Position numbers and translations under genes: made by a program
Part shown: piece by piece, positions 61,432-64,000 of the stretch
Position numbering within the stretch: the stretch's first letter is position 1
Layout of the letters: the number at the start of each line of letters is the position of its first letter
The notes under the pieces: model-generated
Databases searched by the model: none
What the model saw: only the letters and a program-made list of their open reading frames with translations
What the model was told of the DNA's origin: nothing
Source: Phallusia mammillata
Lineage: Eukaryota
Assembly (NCBI GenBank): GCA_965637545.1
Contig: OZ281501.1
Coordinates: 16,616,001 to 16,680,000, forward strand
Length of the DNA: 64,000 nucleotides
Direction: 5' to 3'

Positions 61432-63870
61432 GTTCCGGGTTACACGAATACCCATCTGCCTTCTTTGCAGCGTGCCGGTGACGCAAAGGATTTCTTGCTC
61501 CTATGCCCCGACCCGGCAACTTGGAAGCGTGTTCGACGCAAACAAGCCGAGTGCACAGTTGAGTGCGCGGACTTTTCCTTGGCGCCTGTCAGGAAGTTAC
61601 GTTAAAGTCTTTCGCATGCGAGAACCCCGGCGCCACGTTTCACGATCTTAACCTCTAAAAACAATCGTGTCTGCCGTTTCCGAGTGATTGGTTAACAGGT
61701 TCTAGGAATGCAAATTCTCCAAGTTCGTTTTATCAATAGATTATTTTGGGGTAAATATTATGACGCGAACTCTGTTTCCAAAACGTGATCATTTCACACT
61801 ATTGCGTGGCTCTTAAGCAATAATCAGGAACGGGAATGTGGGAATAAAACGCCCGGAAAGGGATGCGGTTAATCGCTTAATTAACGGCTCAACTTTCGTT
61901 CGGTCGACTAACTTTACCTTACCATAACTTGGCTATTTTTTACGAAGCCTTTTAATGTTCAGTTTCTTTTCATTACTGTCTTAATTAATAAAACCTGGAC
62001 ACATTGGTATGGTCTTGATCGGTAGGAAAAACAAATTTCAAACACATTGTTTAAACATAGTCAAGTAATGTTCATAAAAAATAGATGTTTTACAGCACAA
62101 AATAAATCGAAAAGTGCACGCAACGGAAAGCCTCTGGAAGTCAAATCGACAATAAAACGAAAATAGTGTTTGTATAATATGGAAATGGATATCCAAATGT
62201 GGTGCTTGACGACTGCAGGGTAAAGACAATTGCCCAAACTAAAAAGTAAATGTGGAAGTCTAGAGCATAAATGAAGCACAAAAAGCAAACCCGCTAAATT
62301 GGTTGATTTTTTGTTTTATAGTTGTTTGATTAAAACCATGGTAAACTAAGTTGTGGAAAATACAAAGATTTTCTAAACATGTCAAATTCATTGACTAAAC
62401 ATGACCCAACAAATATGCAAGTCAAATCATTTACCTAAAATGCTTGAATGTAAAGGAAATTATTGTAAAGCATTTGTAGTACACATAAATGCAGTTGCAG
62501 GCACGTTTAAGAAAACGTGTCATAAACTGATCTAGAGTCAGACTTTAGCATAGTTTAAACTTGAACAATGCTTAAACTAGTGCTGTTTTTCTGGACAATT
62601 GGTGTTGTGTGGTGAGAAGATTAAGTGTGTAAGTCTTTGGGTGTTGGTATAACATGTGTTTAAAGTACTGTATATAACTTAAGCAATTCCAATTTTACAG
62701 TGATATGGCAGTATGCACCACATCGTTAAACAGTAGTAGTATTTTATAACTTACTGCCCCTCAAAACAAGGTAATATGACTTTATGCAGCAGGTATGAAG
62801 AATGAGATATATTACATGTAGTATTGCTATTTCTGATTTAGATTTATCAGGGACAACAGGATAGCAATATACCACTGACATTTACATGGTATGTACCATT
62901 CATATGTGTGAATAGGGAGAGCTTTGTAGATTAGTAGATACACATTCTTCATGCTTTGCATTTGGGCCTATTGTCAATGTTGTTTTCCAACAATACAAGA
63001 GACAATTACAAATCACCCAAAACTGAAATGACAAATATCTTACCTCACACGTGACACGTCTTCGGTTTGTTGAAGTGATCCATTCTCAAAACATTAACTA
63101 AAAGCCAGTAACTCACTGTTTTATTTCGGTTTAACATTTTCCACAACCACTGTAAATTTGATAAGGCCATAAGAACTAGACCGGAACCTTTAAGCTCACC
63201 TAAGCATGACGCCGTACAAAGGAGGTAGACTAAACAGCACGTTGCATCTACAGCTGAAACATGACATCAGACTGATGTTTCTGCATGGTTTTGCAATCAA
63301 ATTTGGCGCCATAATGGCTTGTTGTTGTTTTTTCAGGAAAATCCGCGACAGTGCAGTAGTTTATTTATTTAATGAGGAGAATATTAAAGCTGATCTATTG
63401 CGGTTTTTATCTGGTTTAAAACCCTAAGTGAATTTCGAAAATTTACGTTTAGATTTTCATGTAACAAATTCTTTGCTTGTTAGGTTTTTACAAAAAGTTT
63501 TAACGTAGGTTGATCGCAACCATTTATGTAACATTTTTATGTTTCCCTTGTCTTTAGCCAATAAACTTTCCAGCCCAAAACAGGCTGATAAAACTATAGA
63601 CTCTACAAGCAACAACCTTGTTATCGACAAAATGAAAATGACAAAGCTTTTTATATGTGCAAGCACAGGGTGATAAATGCATTGTTGTGTGAAAACCAGC
63701 GACAAGCAACAAACCGCAAAAGCGCAAAGCGTTAGAATTCGGATGAATTGGATGAAATGAAGTCGACTGCGTATTGCACATTTACTCCCGGTTTATCAAT
63801 TTGGCATAGAAATGATAATGAGTCTGTACAAAAATCTGTTAGCATGCGATGACACCAAATTAGTGCAAAA

Positions 63871-63962
63871 GTCAGAGGCGGACAAGACAACAATTTTAAT
63901 GCGCAGTCATAGTGGGACAAAACGACAATTTTACAGCGCAGTCAGAGGCGGACAAGACGACA
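63871..63962. repeat. 35-bp imperfect tandem repeat, about 2.6 copies
   Basis: GTCAGAGGCGGACAAGACAACAATTTTAATGCGCA-like units start at 63871, 63906 and 63941. Confidence 0.75.
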
Positions 63963-64000
63963 AAAGACAGACAACTTATTTGTGGTTTGTGGGTCTGGGT

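Noticed and set aside
1-64000. tRNA, rRNA, snRNA or spliced-leader RNA genes
   Set aside because: No cloverleaf, T-loop/A-B box pair or recognisable conserved RNA motif was seen by eye. An Infernal or tRNAscan run would be needed to exclude them.

Overview
This is eukaryotic, AT-rich, intron-dense animal genomic DNA. The compact introns and protein content suggest a tunicate-like invertebrate chordate, but that is inference and the species cannot be read from the sequence. The left end (1-5938, + strand) holds the 3' exons of a WD40-repeat gene, probably NWD1/NWD2-like. A possible small unannotated + strand gene starts at 6980. Most of the window (11414-61317, - strand) is one giant secreted-protein gene that the ORF track breaks into fragments. 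I rebuilt it by hand as 70 GT-AG exons that join in frame into 21,864 nt (7,287 aa). Its order is signal peptide-TSP1-CUB-EGF-D1-D2-D'D3-CysD-VWC-like modules-D4 (GDPH)-Cys-rich array-CTCK, which is a gel-forming-mucin/von Willebrand factor scaffold with no PTS domain and no VWA domains. About 19 kb of the gene is an intragenic tandem array: 5 full copies plus a partial sixth of a ~3,479-bp, four-exon unit. Each unit encodes 815 aa with ~13% Cys, ~25 N-glycosylation sequons and one RGD. Introns are nearly identical between copies and the variants are mosaic, consistent with ongoing concerted evolution. Introns elsewhere carry several hAT MITEs with 8-bp TSDs, a LINE 3' remnant, Penelope-like fragments with a degenerate hammerhead motif, minisatellites and a promoter-like island. 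All exon boundaries and counts are manual and need RNA confirmation.
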